DNA of 64,000 nt from Felis catus (taxonomy: Eukaryota), in NCBI RefSeq assembly GCF_018350175.1, contig NC_058382.1, positions 54,810,001 through 54,874,000 on the forward strand. The letters run 5' to 3'. This document shows, piece after piece, positions 1 through 12,805 of this stretch. Positions within the stretch are counted from its first letter, which is position 1. Each line of letters opens with the position of its first letter. A program made the translations under genes and the position numbers. A model generated the notes under the pieces. It did no database searches. It saw only the letters and a program-made list of their open reading frames with translations, and was not told the origin of the DNA.

Positions 1-246
1 GCAGGTGTAGGGATCGGAACTTAAACCATTATAAAGCTTTGTGATTTAGCCTTCAGATGTTTAGAGACTTCGACAGTACAGTGATTCGTTTTTCGTGGGC
101 TTTGAAAGGATCTGCTTTTAGGGAGGTCTGACATAGTGCTCATATCTACAGGACTCTTAGCCATTTCTCACTTCCACCTGCTGAGAGAAAACTGTACTTG
201 TTAAAAGGGATCCTTCATTGTGAAAACACATGACACTATAGTCAAC

Positions 247-915
247 TTTTTTTTTATGTTTATTTTTTGAGAGAGACAGAGAGAGAGAGCGTGAGCAGGG
301 GAGGGGAAGAGAAAGAGGGGAGCAGAGGATCCAATGTGGGCTCCGCACTGACAGCACTGTGCCTGATGTGGAGCTTGAACTCATGAACCGCGAGATCTTG
401 ACCTGAGCCGAAGTGGGACGCTCAACTGACTGACCCACCCAGGCACCCACCACCACCACCACCCCCCCTCCCCGCCCCCGGCCCTTTTGTTTCTTAAAGT
501 ATAGTTAACTTTTTTTTTTTTAATGTTTATTTACTTGTCAGAGAGAGACAGAGCGCAAACGGGGGAGGGCTAGAGAGAGAGGGAGACACAGAATCTGAAG
601 CAGGCCCCTGGCTGTGAGCTTGCTGTCAGCACAGGGCCTGACGCGGGGCTCAAACTCACGGACCGCAAGATCATGACCTGAGCCGAAGTTGGCCATTCAA
701 CCGACTGAGCCACCCAGGCGCCTCTTATCTTTTATTTTTTAATGTTTTTTTCTTTTTCTTTTTTTTTTTTCTTTTTGAGAAAGAGAGGGAGACAGGATCA
801 GAAGCAGGCTCCAAGCTGACAGCAACAAGCCCGATGCGGGGCTCAAACTCATTTACTGTGATCATGACTTGAGCCAAAGTTGGACGCTTCACCGACTGAG
901 CCTCCGAGGTGCCCC
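247..915 (-). mobile_element. Three tandem antisense CAN-SINEs (about 247-448, 510-723, 724-915)
   Basis: Each shows a T-tail, (GA)n and 'tcatgacctgagccgaagt...actgagccacccaggcgcc', the reverse complement of the SINEC head. Confidence 0.93.
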
Positions 916-1239
916 TGAAATACCTCTTGAGTAAAACAATTTATTTCAGTAGGAATTGTAGGGGCAACAGCAGACCTGAAATACAAGGAGGAAACAAGGC
1001 TGTCTACGTATCTTCTTCGCATTCTGTCCCATCAGTTTCATCTTCTCGGGGTCTTCAGGGGCTCCCAAGGCTTCCCGAGGCTTCCCGCTGGCACCAGGAT
1101 GGACTGGCTTCCTTCTGCTTGTATACAGACAGCTGTTGCCCTAAGACCATTCTGCACCATTCCCTGCATTCACTGCACTTCTTCCCAGAGTTGGGCCATG
1201 TCTTTCCATGACTGAAATCTTCCTTTTTCTTGATGTACT

Positions 1240-1500
1240 CACTTGTTTGTTGGGGCACGTCTTCTAGCAGCACACTGAGAAGGCCGCATGGGAGATCGTT
1301 TGTTTTGAGACCACGTACAGCTGAAAATATCTGCCCTATCCTGACATTTGGCTGGGTATAAAAATGTAGGTTGGAAATAATTTTCCTTCAGAATTTTGAA
1401 GTTATGTGCTCTTGGGGTAGACCTATGTCCTTATCTTTGGGCCTTTGCTTTCAGGGCTGATCAAATCCTCCGGGTATTTTTGTCTGGAGAATATAGGTCT
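1240..1500 (-). mobile_element. Old L1M-type fragment
   Basis: 'ttggctgggtataaaaatgtaggttggaaataattttccttcagaattttgaag' is typical of antisense L1M. Boundaries uncertain. Confidence 0.5.
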
Positions 1501-1939
1501 GGTTTTCAACATTTTAAGAGCAGAATTGAGGGGGAAAAGATTGATGGTCGCAGCATTCAGTATGTCAACAACTCTTTGCTCTCTCTGTTTCTGGTGCAGT
1601 ATATACCCACCCTCAAACGTGCCTGATATTCCCCCCTGTCCAGACCTAGCCTCAGTCTTACACCCTTCAGGGTGTAAATCACTTGTCTTCCACTGGCGCT
1701 GGGGAGGGCCTCACAGGGAGTCTCATAGGTCCGTGGAGGCAGGACCTGGGAATTCGACTCCTTATCACTACCATCACCCTGCGTGTGTTTTCTGCTCATG
1801 ACTCAGCCTCCTTTCACAGCTGCCCTTTACGACCAGTTCCCAGCCTCCAGGGGTGGGGTTGGGATCTTAAGTCAAATTTAGGTTCACTGCTAAGTTACAA
1901 ACATCTTTTAGACGTCAAGTAAGGTCCCAGCTCTTAAAC

Positions 1940-2420
1940 AAGACCCAAAAAGCATTCACTGTGAAAAAATTCTTCACGTTCTTCATCACCTTTAACAAAA
2001 GTGTGAAGCCTGCCGGAGGATTAATATCAAGAATATAATACAGAACTCCCCCACCTCAATACAAAGACAATGAGCCCAATTTTAAAAAATGATCAAGAGA
2101 CTTGAACGTAGCGTGTGTTTTGCAGAAGAGGAAACGCACGTGGCCACAAACAAGAGGAGATATTCAGCACCTGTGTGGCGAGGGTGCTGCGGCTACAACC
2201 CCCAGGAGAGCGGTTCCGTGGGTACAGGAATAACAACGAAGCAAAGGAAGATCGAACCCAGGATTTAGGGTGGATAGTCACTGCAGAGGGGTGAATGGGG
2301 AGAAGGAATGTGTGGGTAGGAGCAGGTGAAAGTCAAGGTCCCAGCTTTTGTTTTGGGTGGTAGGCTCGTGGGGTCCTTGTTACATTATTGAAAATAATTA
2401 GGTAATTAAATACATGAAAA
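1940..2420 (+). mobile_element. Old L1M ORF2/3' fragment
   Basis: 'gattaatatcaagaatata...cccaattttaaaaaatg...agagacttgaac...agaagaggaaac' resembles the late ORF2 region of L1. Confidence 0.6.
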
Positions 2421-2722
2421 AAATAAGCCTAATGGGGTGGGTCTCCCGAGGTGAAGTAGACAGAGATCCTTGCTCAGGTGGATCTCAGTTCTGTGGTTGT
2501 CTGTTTTGGTTTTTAAGAAGTCGTTCTGAACCCTGGAACAAGTGTTTTGTAGTTGAAAGTTATAAAAATATCTGTATATTAATACCTAAAGTTAAGAAGC
2601 TACATTTCCCAGCTGGGGTTCATATGTTGATAAATAATCTACTTTATAGAGTTTTACTGCATAAATATTTACAGCTATGTCTGTTCTTTCATAGAAATTT
2701 TACATTTTTTTCCCTTTCTTAG

Positions 2723-2837
2723 GACAAAGTTAAACTATAACCCTCCAAAAGATGATGGATCAACCTATAAGATTGAACTTGAAGGGATATCGGTAATGGT
2801 TATGAGAGAGATCCTGGATTACATCTTCAGTGGGCAG
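2723..2837 (+). CDS. GAN: Gigaxonin exon 2 (BTB domain), 115 nt
   Basis: Pyrimidine tract ...ccctttcttag|G ACA AAG TTA... translates (R)TKLNYNPPKDDGSTYKIELEGISVMVMREILDYIFSGQ|gtatga, matching the recalled gigaxonin sequence. Missed by the ORF track. Confidence 0.97.
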
Positions 2838-5220
2838 GTATGATGAGACACACAGGGAGGAAGACTAAGGAGAAGCCTCTCAAGGTCAGGGTCTCCTTCA
2901 TCATTCTGTGACGGAGCGGCCCCACCCTCTTCATCTGTCCTTGTCCGTGTGGCGCGCCTCTCCTGCTGGGAATAGTACCCAACTCTGTTCTTGCCGGCCT
3001 CTGTGCTTAAGAGCAGACCGGGTAGAATCTTCACCCCGTACCGGTTTTTGTATTCACCATTCCGACCTCCACCTTCCATCGTGAGAGAGGAAGAAACTGG
3101 GTGCTCCTTCCACGGCTGTCTTTTTTTGTTTGTTTGTTTTTAAATCTTAATTCCCATCTTACTCTGTACCCATAGCCTGGAAATGGGAGCTCCGTTGGGC
3201 GGTGGGAGTTTATTTTGCAGAAATAAAGAGTTTGAGGTTTACTCTAATGGCAGGCACCTGTATTGTATTCAGGATTCCTGGCTCCTGTTGTCTCGGTAGG
3301 ACCAGTATCCCTGCTGTACCCCGTTCTTGCCCGTGTCCCTTTGCTCTCTGTGCCCACTTACATTTCTGGGGGATTTAATGAAGCCCAGCGAAGAAAGTGA
3401 GTGATTAGACTTCTTTCTTTTTCTTCGCCATCGTCGAGCCCCTAATCCCTGATTACGTGGTTTGAAGTGTAGTACAAGGGCTCCCAAGAGTGACCTCAGG
3501 TGTGCACCAGGGCTGGCTTATGACAGGAGGAACGTAGCATAGCTCACATTTAGTTATGTGAGAATGCATTTTATCTTGACTCTTTTTGAGAGCTTCTCTC
3601 CTACTCTCTCCCTTATTCCTTCCTCATCTTGTTTTACCTTTCTCGTTTGTAAGAGCCGTCTCCTCCATGTTTTCTAAGCATTCTGGACGCACTGCTTACC
3701 TTCTCTGAATATACTCATTTGGTCAACCTCGGTGATTGTCATTCCTTTTGAAGGTTTTGGGTTAATTTCATGATGTCCTCCCCTTTTCTTTTCTCTGAAC
3801 ACTCTTCTCTTTCCTCTGAGCGCTAGGTGGGGGGAGCGGGGGGGGGGGGGGTTGTGGGCATGTAAGGTTTTGTGTGTGATTGTTAAAAATAAATGAATTT
3901 AGATTAATTTTGGGATGGTCCTTAAAATACCAAAGCGTCACAAAATTGGGAGCATCACAAAACCAGGCTGAGGACCAGCCTCTCATCTCACTTTTAAAAT
4001 CAGCTCAGCAGCAGCTATTATAAGTTATAAGCCAATAAGAGCATATTCCTTTTCAGGCTTGGATTTGAATCTTGAAACCTTATTTATAGATTGACTTTTG
4101 TGTTTTTTGTTCCCAATTTAAATTAATTATGGTTTAAAACCATAGTTGCAGCATAAGTTGTAACAAACTCTTGATTTGACAGTCTAGTCTTAATTGAGAT
4201 GGAATTTAGTGGTGTTTTCACGTGCCTGTATCTGACTGGTGTACCACTAGCCACTGTTTTGTGGCTGAATTGAATACCTCAAGTAAAAGGGACACGTTTC
4301 CTTACTTGTGACCTATTCGACACACTTCTTTCCACAGTTGTGTTGCTCGCTCGCTAAGGTGATAGGCAGTCATACATTCTTTTTCTGCATCTGTGGTACA
4401 GAATGTGTAAAATGTTCCCTGTGGTCCTGTAACCTGGAATCCCTCCCTGTCACTTCCGAGGGTGGGAGAAGCATCCATTCTTTGGGAGAGGAGAATCTGG
4501 AGTGTTGTGATGGTGGCAGTCTTGTAGAGACTTGTTTCTTTACGTCGCCTGCATGTTGCGTGCAGAAACTGTCAAGTGGGTGGAGGAAGAGGAATCAGAA
4601 GATTAAGGAAAAGCGAAATTCATAACGATAAACAAGAAATACTACCTTAGGGATTTCTGCCAGAGAGTACCTTTGAGACCAGAGTGCACGTGTCGCACCG
4701 AGTGCGATGTTTGGCATTGGGAATGAGGCTCTCGGGCAGCGTGGCCCTCCCCTCGCCAAGGGGCTAGAGTGGCGTGTCTGACATGCCATCTGGCAAAAGA
4801 CGGAATGTGATACATCTGGAGGCAAGATGTGCCACAGTTTCGGGGCTGGCATTTAAAGAAACCTCCTTCAGTTGACCACAGAATGCGGACCTGTCCACTC
4901 CCAGCACATAGGCCTGGAAGTGAGCAGGGTGGACGGTCCGCCTGTGAAGGGTTCATGGTGGTTCATGTCGGTAAAGCAAGGGAAGCCCTGGAAAAAGTCA
5001 GACGGCCACGTGCTGCTCATGTTTTGTGAGGGTTCACCGGGTGCCCTCAAACTCCTCTTGACAAAGAAGCCCTAGGCTGGACCGTGTGACGTTGCCAATA
5101 TTCATTTGATCATCTTTGACCTACAAAAGTGGAGCTTTCGTGTGGTTCAGCCTAAAAGGTTAGCGGTTTGGGTTTTCAATCTGTACATTCAAATGTAAAA
5201 TATTGATGATACTCTTGCAG

Positions 5221-5571
5221 ATCCGGCTGAGCGAAGACACAATCCAAGATGTTGTGCAGGCAGCGGACCTGCTCCTGCTGACGGATCTGAAAACTCTGTG
5301 CTGTGAGTTTTTAGAAGGCTGCATTGCCGCAGAAAACTGCATCGGTATCCGCGACTTTGCACTTCATTACTGCCTGCACCACGTCCATTACCTGGCCACG
5401 GAGTACCTGGAGACTCATTTCCGAGACGTCAGCAGCACAGAAGAGTTCCTAGAACTCAGTCCACAGAAGCTTAAAGAAGTGATTTCTCTGGAGAAGTTAA
5501 ATGTTGGCAATGAAAGATACGTGTTTGAAGCAGTGATCCGATGGATAGCACACGATACAGAGCTAAGAAAG
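5221..5571 (+). CDS. GAN: Gigaxonin exon 3 (BTB end/BACK), 351 nt, phase 0-0
   Basis: ttgcag|ATC...AAG|gtacct; IRLSEDTIQDVVQAADLLLL...IAHDTELRK, inside ORF 5203..5598. Confidence 0.98.
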
Positions 5572-5716
5572 GTACCTGTGGGGTATAACATGGTCTAATT
5601 TGCCTTCTTACTTACCTATGTCATTCATTTGCTTATTTAATCCACAGAATAGATGTGTTGTCTTTCCCCTTCAGCCTGACAGACTTACAAAGTTGTGATC
5701 TAAAAGATGTCCGTGG

Positions 5717-5920
5717 GGGGCTCCTGGGTGGCTCAGTCGGTTAAGTGTTGGACTTCGGTTCAGGTCATGATCGAATGGTTCGTGAGTTCGAGCCCCACAT
5801 CGGGCTCTCCACTCTCATTGTAGAGCCCACTTCAGATCCTCTGTCTTCTTCTCCGTCTTCCCTCCCCTGCTCACTCTTGCTCTCTCTCTCTCAAAAATAA
5901 GTAAAACATTTAAAAAAATA
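5717..5920 (+). mobile_element. CAN-SINE with degraded TSD
   Basis: Head 'ggggctcctgggtggctcagtcggttaag', (CT)n, A-tail. Flanks taaaagatgtccgtgg / taaaaggtgtctgtgg. Confidence 0.93.
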
Positions 5921-6575
5921 AAAGGTGTCTGTGGTACATCTTTGCATAGGATCATTGGAGCCATTGTTTTTTCAGACCACACTACAAAAGCTCACATAAC
6001 TCGTTATATAGCAATGAAACCTTTAGTACTTGTAAGGAACGTGATCTCTCTTGTACAGTGTTTTTAATGGGAAAATGCATTTCAGGCTTAGGCTGGAGAT
6101 TATAGAAATTCAGCGTCCCCACTCTTTTGTTAGCATCCTTCCATCCACCATTACTGGGCTAACCCGTGCGGGACTCTGACAGAGGCCATGGAGCGAGAGG
6201 GGGCACACAGGCTCTGGCAGACGGGTGAGGGGAGGGGGCTCTCCCTGGGTGATGGACACCATTCAGCAGAAGGCAGGAGAGCTCTCTGCCGTCTTCATGG
6301 TGATGCAGTTCTAGATGGGATGAGTCTGGGAGCGACAGCTGCAGAGGAAGGGTCTCAGAGAATATCAGGCTTTAGATCCACACTGTTTCTACACTGGGGG
6401 CCGGAGGAAATCACAGAGCTTTGAGTCCAATATTTATAGACTCCAGCATCGATTACTGTATGCAAAAAAAGAACTATGTCAGGTTTTAAAGTAGTTTTCA
6501 GAATGTATCATTGCATTGTTAATTGTTCTCCGTAACTGTTGACTGAGGTTCTAGTGAAAATTCTGTAGGGCCGTT

Positions 6576-6795
6576 GGGGCACCTGGGTGGCTCAGTCAGT
6601 GGAGCGTCTGAATCTTGATTTTGGCTCAGGTCATGATCTCACGGTTTGTGGGTTCAAGCCCCGCATCAGGCTCTGGTCTGACAGCGCGGAGCCTGCTTGG
6701 AATTCTCTCTCTCTCCCTCTCTCTCTGCCCTTCCCCACTCACGTTCTCTCCTTCTCTTTCTTGCTCTCTCAAAATAAATTTTAAAAAAACCTTTT
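6576..6795 (+). mobile_element. CAN-SINE
   Basis: 'ggggcacctgggtggctcagtc' head, (CT)n, A-tail. TSD-like aattctgtagg on both sides. Confidence 0.93.
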
Positions 6796-7349
6796 AATTC
6801 TGTAGGCCCATTTAGAAATGACGGACTACTGTATTATAGATAGAAACTCTTACATGGAATGTTCCAGAAATACACGCTGCTGTATGGTTGTGGTCTCAGT
6901 GCGGTAGTTAGCGCTCTCTTTTCCACGTTAGGCAGGTGGATGAGGAAAGGAGATAGGAGCCTTCTCAGTTCGCTGTTGCGCGTGGAGACCACCGTCACTA
7001 GCTGCCCCTTCCTTCCTTCTTCAAGTGATGAGGTTGCCAGGGAAACGAGGCATTTCTTCCTCCTTTGGTTCGAAGACTTACAGACTTCATATCTTAAAGG
7101 CTGTTATGTATGACTCAGGATACAGAAGAGTGTACTCTAAAACGACTGTTGCCAAATCAAGAAAAACTCTTCATTAAGGAGTTTCGCCTCGTGTGTAGAA
7201 TGCTGCCGTCAGTTCAAGTTTAACGATCCATCGTGAAAAGTATACAATTCATACTATACATGTTAGATATTTTTTAACAATAATAATTGAAGAAACAGAG
7301 TACTCAGGATTCTTCTGAACTTTTGCTTTTCTATATTTTTCTTGTAATA

Positions 7350-7568
7350 CTTTTTTATTTATTTTTTTATTTTACCATTTATTTATTTTTGAGAGACAGA
7401 GCGTGAGTGGGGGAGGAGCAGAGAGAGAGGGAGACACAGAATCTGGAACAGGCTTCAGGCTCTGAGCTGTCAGCACAGAGCCCGATGTGGGGCTCGAACT
7501 CATGGACCGCGAGATCATGCCTGAGCTGAAGTCAGACACTCAACTGACTGAGCCACCCAGGTGTCCCA
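7350..7568 (-). mobile_element. CAN-SINE, antisense in intron 3
   Basis: Reverse-complement SINEC body. TSD tcttgtaata at 7340 and 7570. Confidence 0.93.
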
Positions 7569-8022
7569 ATCTTGTAATATTAATGTTGCTCCATTTCATT
7601 GCCTGTTGCACCATATCGAATCAAGCTATTACTGTGTGTAACGTTTCCGTAAATGTGATTGAACTCCCAGCACATCCAACCGTGTGAAATAAGGCCACTC
7701 CAGCCGAGCTCCAAGGTTTCCTGTTGGTAAGGTGACCCTTCAGGGTGTAAAGAAAGCCACTTGAAACTTCTCCGTGCTGTATCAGATATAAATCTGAACT
7801 GATTATTTTTGAAGTTAAACTTGTATTATTTATTAAGGCCGTGGGAAGTAGACAGGAAAGGGGCCGGTAAAGCATATTCACGCGGCGCCCGCGCTTGTGA
7901 CTTGCCCGCCGATGAGCTGTTAATCATTTCAGGTCTCCGTGAGCCAGAAGAGGGATGTTCTAAACACTGTGTCCTACATCCTTCATTGTTTTTCTCCCCA
8001 TTCTTTCTACCCTGTCGTGCAG

Positions 8023-8240
8023 GTCCACATGAAGGACGTGATGTCAGCGCTCTGGGTTTCAGGGTTAGACTCCAGCTACTTACGGGAACAGATGCTGAAC
8101 GAACCGTTGGTGCGAGAAATCGTCAAGGAGTGCAGCAACATACCGCTGAGTCAGCCGCAGCAGGGGGAGGCCATGCTGGCGAACTTCAAGCCGCGGGGTT
8201 ACTCCGAGTGCATTGTGACTGTGGGTGGAGAAGAGAGAGT
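8023..8240 (+). CDS. GAN: Gigaxonin exon 4, 218 nt
   Basis: gtgcag|GTC CAC ATG...AGA GT|gtgagt; VHMKDVMSALW...KPRGYSECIVTVGGEER(V), inside ORF 7939..8244. Confidence 0.98.
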
Positions 8241-8458
8241 GTGAGTATTGGACGTGAATCGTTTCAACAGTCGTGTAAGGGGAGAGCTATTTCCACGCGA
8301 GCAGGGATTCATAGTGTTGTTTTTGGTATCTAAGCATCATAGCAATAGAGTTTTAAAAATGTTTTAAGCGTTCTCTAGAGCAATGAAACTAGTCATAGTT
8401 ATTGTAAGCAGAACTATATAAAGCACTTTAACTGCTAATCAATTATTTATTTCCTTAG

Positions 8459-8580
8459 TTCCCGGAAACCAACAGCAGCGATGCGATGTATGTGCCCTCT
8501 TTATGACCCTAATAGGCAGCTTTGGATTGAACTGGCCCCTTTAAGCATGCCAAGAATTAACCACGGAGTTCTCTCAGCAG
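8459..8580 (+). CDS. GAN: Gigaxonin exon 5 (Kelch), 122 nt
   Basis: ccttag|T TCC CGG AAA...GCA G|gtacca; SRKPTAAMRCMCPLYDPNRQLWIELAPLSMPRINHGVLSA. Phase matches exons 4 and 6. Confidence 0.97.
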
Positions 8581-10059
8581 GTACCATTCTGTGGTCAATT
8601 TTACTTAAACACAAGATCAAGTAATATGTAATTTCAGGGTTGTACAGAATGACGCAAAACCTTGTAGAGATTTAATTTGAATTTTAAGAGATAATTGTAT
8701 TATCTCTATGGTGACATCTTCTGTCTGGCTCTAGCCTTCGAGACTCTGTAAGGAGGAGAGTGTCTTCTGTCAGTCTTTATTGCTCCTGAATCTCTCATAC
8801 CGAGCTATTTTTGAGCATTTTAGTAGAGGAGCATTTTACCTGATGATGTAACTGATGGAAAAGCAGGACTCAGTGACTCTTCCCATCAGTTACCTGTGTG
8901 GCCACACCCTGAACACAGAATTCCTTTGAGCCACACCAGCCCCATTTTTGAAATTCATGCCATTCAGAATTATAGTAACTGTATCAAAAGTAAAGCTGTT
9001 ATGTGAAAGCAGGCATTTCGTGTGAGACTTCAGAAAATATTACTTTCCTTCAAAGGCTTCAGATTACATTACAATAGAAAGTATCTTTCACTGACCTTTG
9101 CAAGTTTGAAAACAGCTCCACATCATTCAAAGCCCTCCCTCGAGGTGATGGGGAAGGTTGTACTTGCTGCCTTCTGACCGTTGGCTGCTTTTCTCTGCAC
9201 CTGGGCCTGCCCGCTTGGGTTCACCCGCAGGTGCCATTTCACTCAATTCTAATTACTGTCAATCGTCTTCCTGGAGCCCCTCTTCTTGTATAGTCTCTGC
9301 TTGCCCGCTCCCATTGCTTTCAAGATTTTGAAAGCTGTACCAGATTATAGAGCTGGCTAAAGCTAAACCAGAGGACAGAAGTGGAATCATTTTGTGGGTT
9401 CCAAGATTATTGAAGTTAATTGTGAGGAATAAGCAGCGGGAGGCAGCGGTGTAGCCAACAGGATGTGGGTCTGACTTCCCTGTTCTGTCTTCTCCGAATT
9501 AGCTTCCTCACATTTTCTTCCCATAGTATGTATATATATTCATGATTTTCACACACGCACACCCACCACTGTGGTTCCAGTGTCATGGATTTTCCAAGAT
9601 TTCCTGGAGGGGTTGGTGCTTCAGAAACATTGAACAGTGAGGATGGGGTTGTGTCCAGCTGTAGTGAGTGTGGCTGTGAGGTGACCGAGTGGTTCCTATT
9701 CCTGCCCGCGCCCCCTCTTTTTTGCTTTAACTGATGGGCTTTTTTTTTTTTTTTTTTTTTTGTCGTTTACTTTTTTCCCTCTCTTCCAGGTTAGAAGTTG
9801 TAGTCTTTGTCTATATTCCTTTGAAAGTCATCATAGAAACCATAGCCTGTATTCTTAAGTTGTCAAAGCCTAAGTGCATTTCTGCTGTTTTTCATGTTCC
9901 ACAGTCTTGCAGTATTAAAATAGGACTTTATGAATAAATATTTACATATAGACATGTTTTATTCATCTATGTTTTATATATGTATCTATGGAGTGTCTGT
10001 TTACCAGCCTATCCACCACTTTCTTTGTTTTTCTTTCTTCTTCTTCAGACCTTCCATCT

Positions 10060-10920
10060 AGGATTATTTTCCTTCTCCCTGAAGTTCACCCTTTTGAATT
10101 TCCCTTAATGTGGGTCTACGGGTAGCAAACACTTGGATTTGTATGTCTAAAAATGTCATTATTTTGACTTCATTCCTAATGGATACTTGTGCTGGGTATA
10201 GAATTTCAGGGCATCTTAACTCTGTGGCTTGGCCTTTCCTCAAATGTGGAAAATTCTTATTCATGTTCATGTCTTTAAATATCGCCTCTCTTCCATTGTC
10301 CTCTCTCCTCCTGCTTTTTGGAAATCAGATTAAACATGGCTACTCCTTTTTGCTCTGTCCTCAGCCTCCTGCCGTCATTTTGTTTAGTTTTCCATGTTTT
10401 TGTCTTTCCATGTGTTGCCCTCTTTGTGATTTCTTTTGATGTACCCTCCATTTAATGAGTTCTCTCTTTAACACTGACAGATCTGCCATTAAACCAACCT
10501 ACTGGATTTTTTTTGTAATCCAGTTTTTTTTTTTCTTTTTTATTCCTAGAAATTCTCTTTAGATCTTTTTTAAATCTGCCGTGTCACTTCTGTAGTCCCC
10601 TTTTCCCAAGAGTTATCTTAAAATTTGTCTTTCAGTTTTCAAACATAGTAAGCTTTGTCATTTTGTTGGCTTTCTGATTAGTCCAGTATTTGAAATTTGA
10701 AGTCTCTGCAAAGCTGCTTCCTATTGTCTTCTGTTGCCGGTTCTTCTTCATAGTCTGCTTTCTGTGTCCTAGTATCTTTGGGTGGGTGCTGATCATTTTA
10801 TTAAAAAGTGTTCATAGGAATAACTTGGTGCTCTAGAATCTTAGAATATCCTAATCTAAAGATTAGATAAAGGTACTTTCTTCCACACAAGTTTTACGTT
10901 TGTTTCTTCCAGTTGCCTGT
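10060..10920 (-). mobile_element. Old L1M/HAL1-like antisense fragment
   Basis: T-rich, with 'tgtatgtctaaaaatgtcattattttgacttcattcctaatggatacttgtgctgggtatagaatt'. Boundaries uncertain. Confidence 0.55.
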
Positions 10921-11770
10921 AAACACTACAAATTTGGAATTACTGGAAACCAGATGCAAACCCTGAGGTCTTCCAGACAAGCAAGGAGATTTAAATCTGG
11001 GTTCTGGTTCTGGTTGAACTTGGGAGAGGCTCCCCTGCCAGAAGCCACACTTTCTATGGGCCTGGGGTTTTGATTTCTGTCTTTTTCATGCCCTCAAAGC
11101 CTTACAGGATAGTTTGGAAATTTCCCAGATTGGTAAATGCCCTCAGAGCAAAATGGTTTCCATGGTTGGTAACCTCTCCAGCTCCCACTTTATCTCAAGC
11201 TTTGCCATACTGTCCTGTTGGCTTCTTCTCTTTTCAGAAGATTATTTCATTTCAAAACTGTTTGGTCTAGGAGGTTAGCTGTGTTGCACAAGAATTGGTA
11301 TAAATAACCAGATCCACCATTACCTGAAACAGGAAGTTGAACAGTGACTCTTAGATCCTGTCTTGAATACGAAGTGCTCACGGTGCCCTGGATCTGAGTG
11401 CTCCTGGGTCTTGAACGAGCGGACGTGGGCTGTAGATGAGAAGCCGTTTGAGAGTCACAGAGGGGAAATAGAATTGATGCAGCTGCCCAGTGTCTGCAGG
11501 GGCGGTGTCAGTCTTGGTTGTATGCTGGAGGGCAGTGGGAACGCACTCGGGTGCTGAGGGAGCTACAATAGTCATAGTGACTCTCAGATGTGATTAGGCT
11601 CCCTCACGAAGGATCCAGTGAATTGTGATCGAGACCTCACACCCACTGCTGTTGTACTTAGAGAAGTTGTCTCCACGTACTGTCTCTACAGCTGGGGCAT
11701 TTATATTCGGCAGGAGGGGGGTGGAGACCAAAGTTTCAGCTTCCTTGTGTGTCTCATTTGATTTTTGCAG

Positions 11771-11883
11771 AGGGATTCTTGTTTGTATTTGGGGGCCAAG
11801 ATGAAAATAAGCAGACCCTGAGCTCAGGAGAAAAATACGACCCAGATGCAAATACGTGGACTGCATTGCCGCCAATGAATGAG
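11771..11883 (+). CDS. GAN: Gigaxonin exon 6 (Kelch), 113 nt
   Basis: ttgcag|AG GGA TTC...AAT GAG|gtaaaa; (E)GFLFVFGGQDENKQTLSSGEKYDPDANTWTALPPMNE, with Kelch GG...Y...W motif. Confidence 0.98.
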
Positions 11884-12805
11884 GTAAAAAGCTTTTTCAT
11901 TTGCTTTGATAGGGTGTCTTTCTTCCCTTTGGCGCTTTTGTTTTGCGTTTGCAGAGATGTTAGAGGAGAAGCAGGGAGCCTGCCACACGCCCCCCACCCC
12001 CACTATGCTAGTGCCCACCTTCCCGCTCCGCCCTGTGCCTTCCTCCAGCCTACGCACGCTCTTGCTTTGGGACCTTTCCCAGATGCCCTTGCACCTCCCT
12101 CCTTGTTTCCCACGGTGTCCGCACAGCACTCTCCAGGAGGCCTTCCGTCGGCCCCTCAGCTCCCACCACACTTCCTGTTTTCTTTCTCTTCGTGAGGCAC
12201 AGCACCTTCTCATGTGCTGGGCATTTTTAGTGTTCACACGAACTCCTTGGTGGCCGGGGATTTTGTCTGTGTGCTGAGGGCTCTATCTTGAGTGCTGCGA
12301 CGATGCCGGGCACAGCGGGGACAGCGGGGACGCTAAGGAAGTATTTGCTGGCAAACGAGTGTGAGCTACCTCAGGCCTCTGTCATTCCAGATGGCCTTAG
12401 CGTGAGCCTGGCCTCCCCGTGCCTCTCCCAGCCTCAGGCAGCGCTGTTGCTGTGGCTCTTACTTGGCTTTCACACCAACCTGGAAACACTTAACTAAACA
12501 CAGATAATTTTATTGACCCAGAAGGTACTATTGTTGTGAGCCATGACGAGTGAGAAATAATGATTCTGCCAGTGAATTTATCACATGGGTGATTCCCTTA
12601 TTCGGAATCGCTCCGGGATGGGGGTTCTTTGTCTGTTGTGGCAGAAGGGTGAGCTGCCAGCGAAATCACAAATATCTGAGAGAGAAGGCTTTGAGCCTGG
12701 AATTCTGGAATATCATGGTATCTGTAATTTGCAATAGCGTGTGGCTACCTGCTTTCAGTCTGGCAGTTGGCCTTCCGTGTGCAGAGACCTTTGCTGTCTT
12801 TTCAG

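Noticed and set aside
157..462. Recurring ORFs with 'WVAQSVKRPT...AQVMIS' peptides across the window
   Set aside because: These are translations of CAN-SINE copies, not a gene family.
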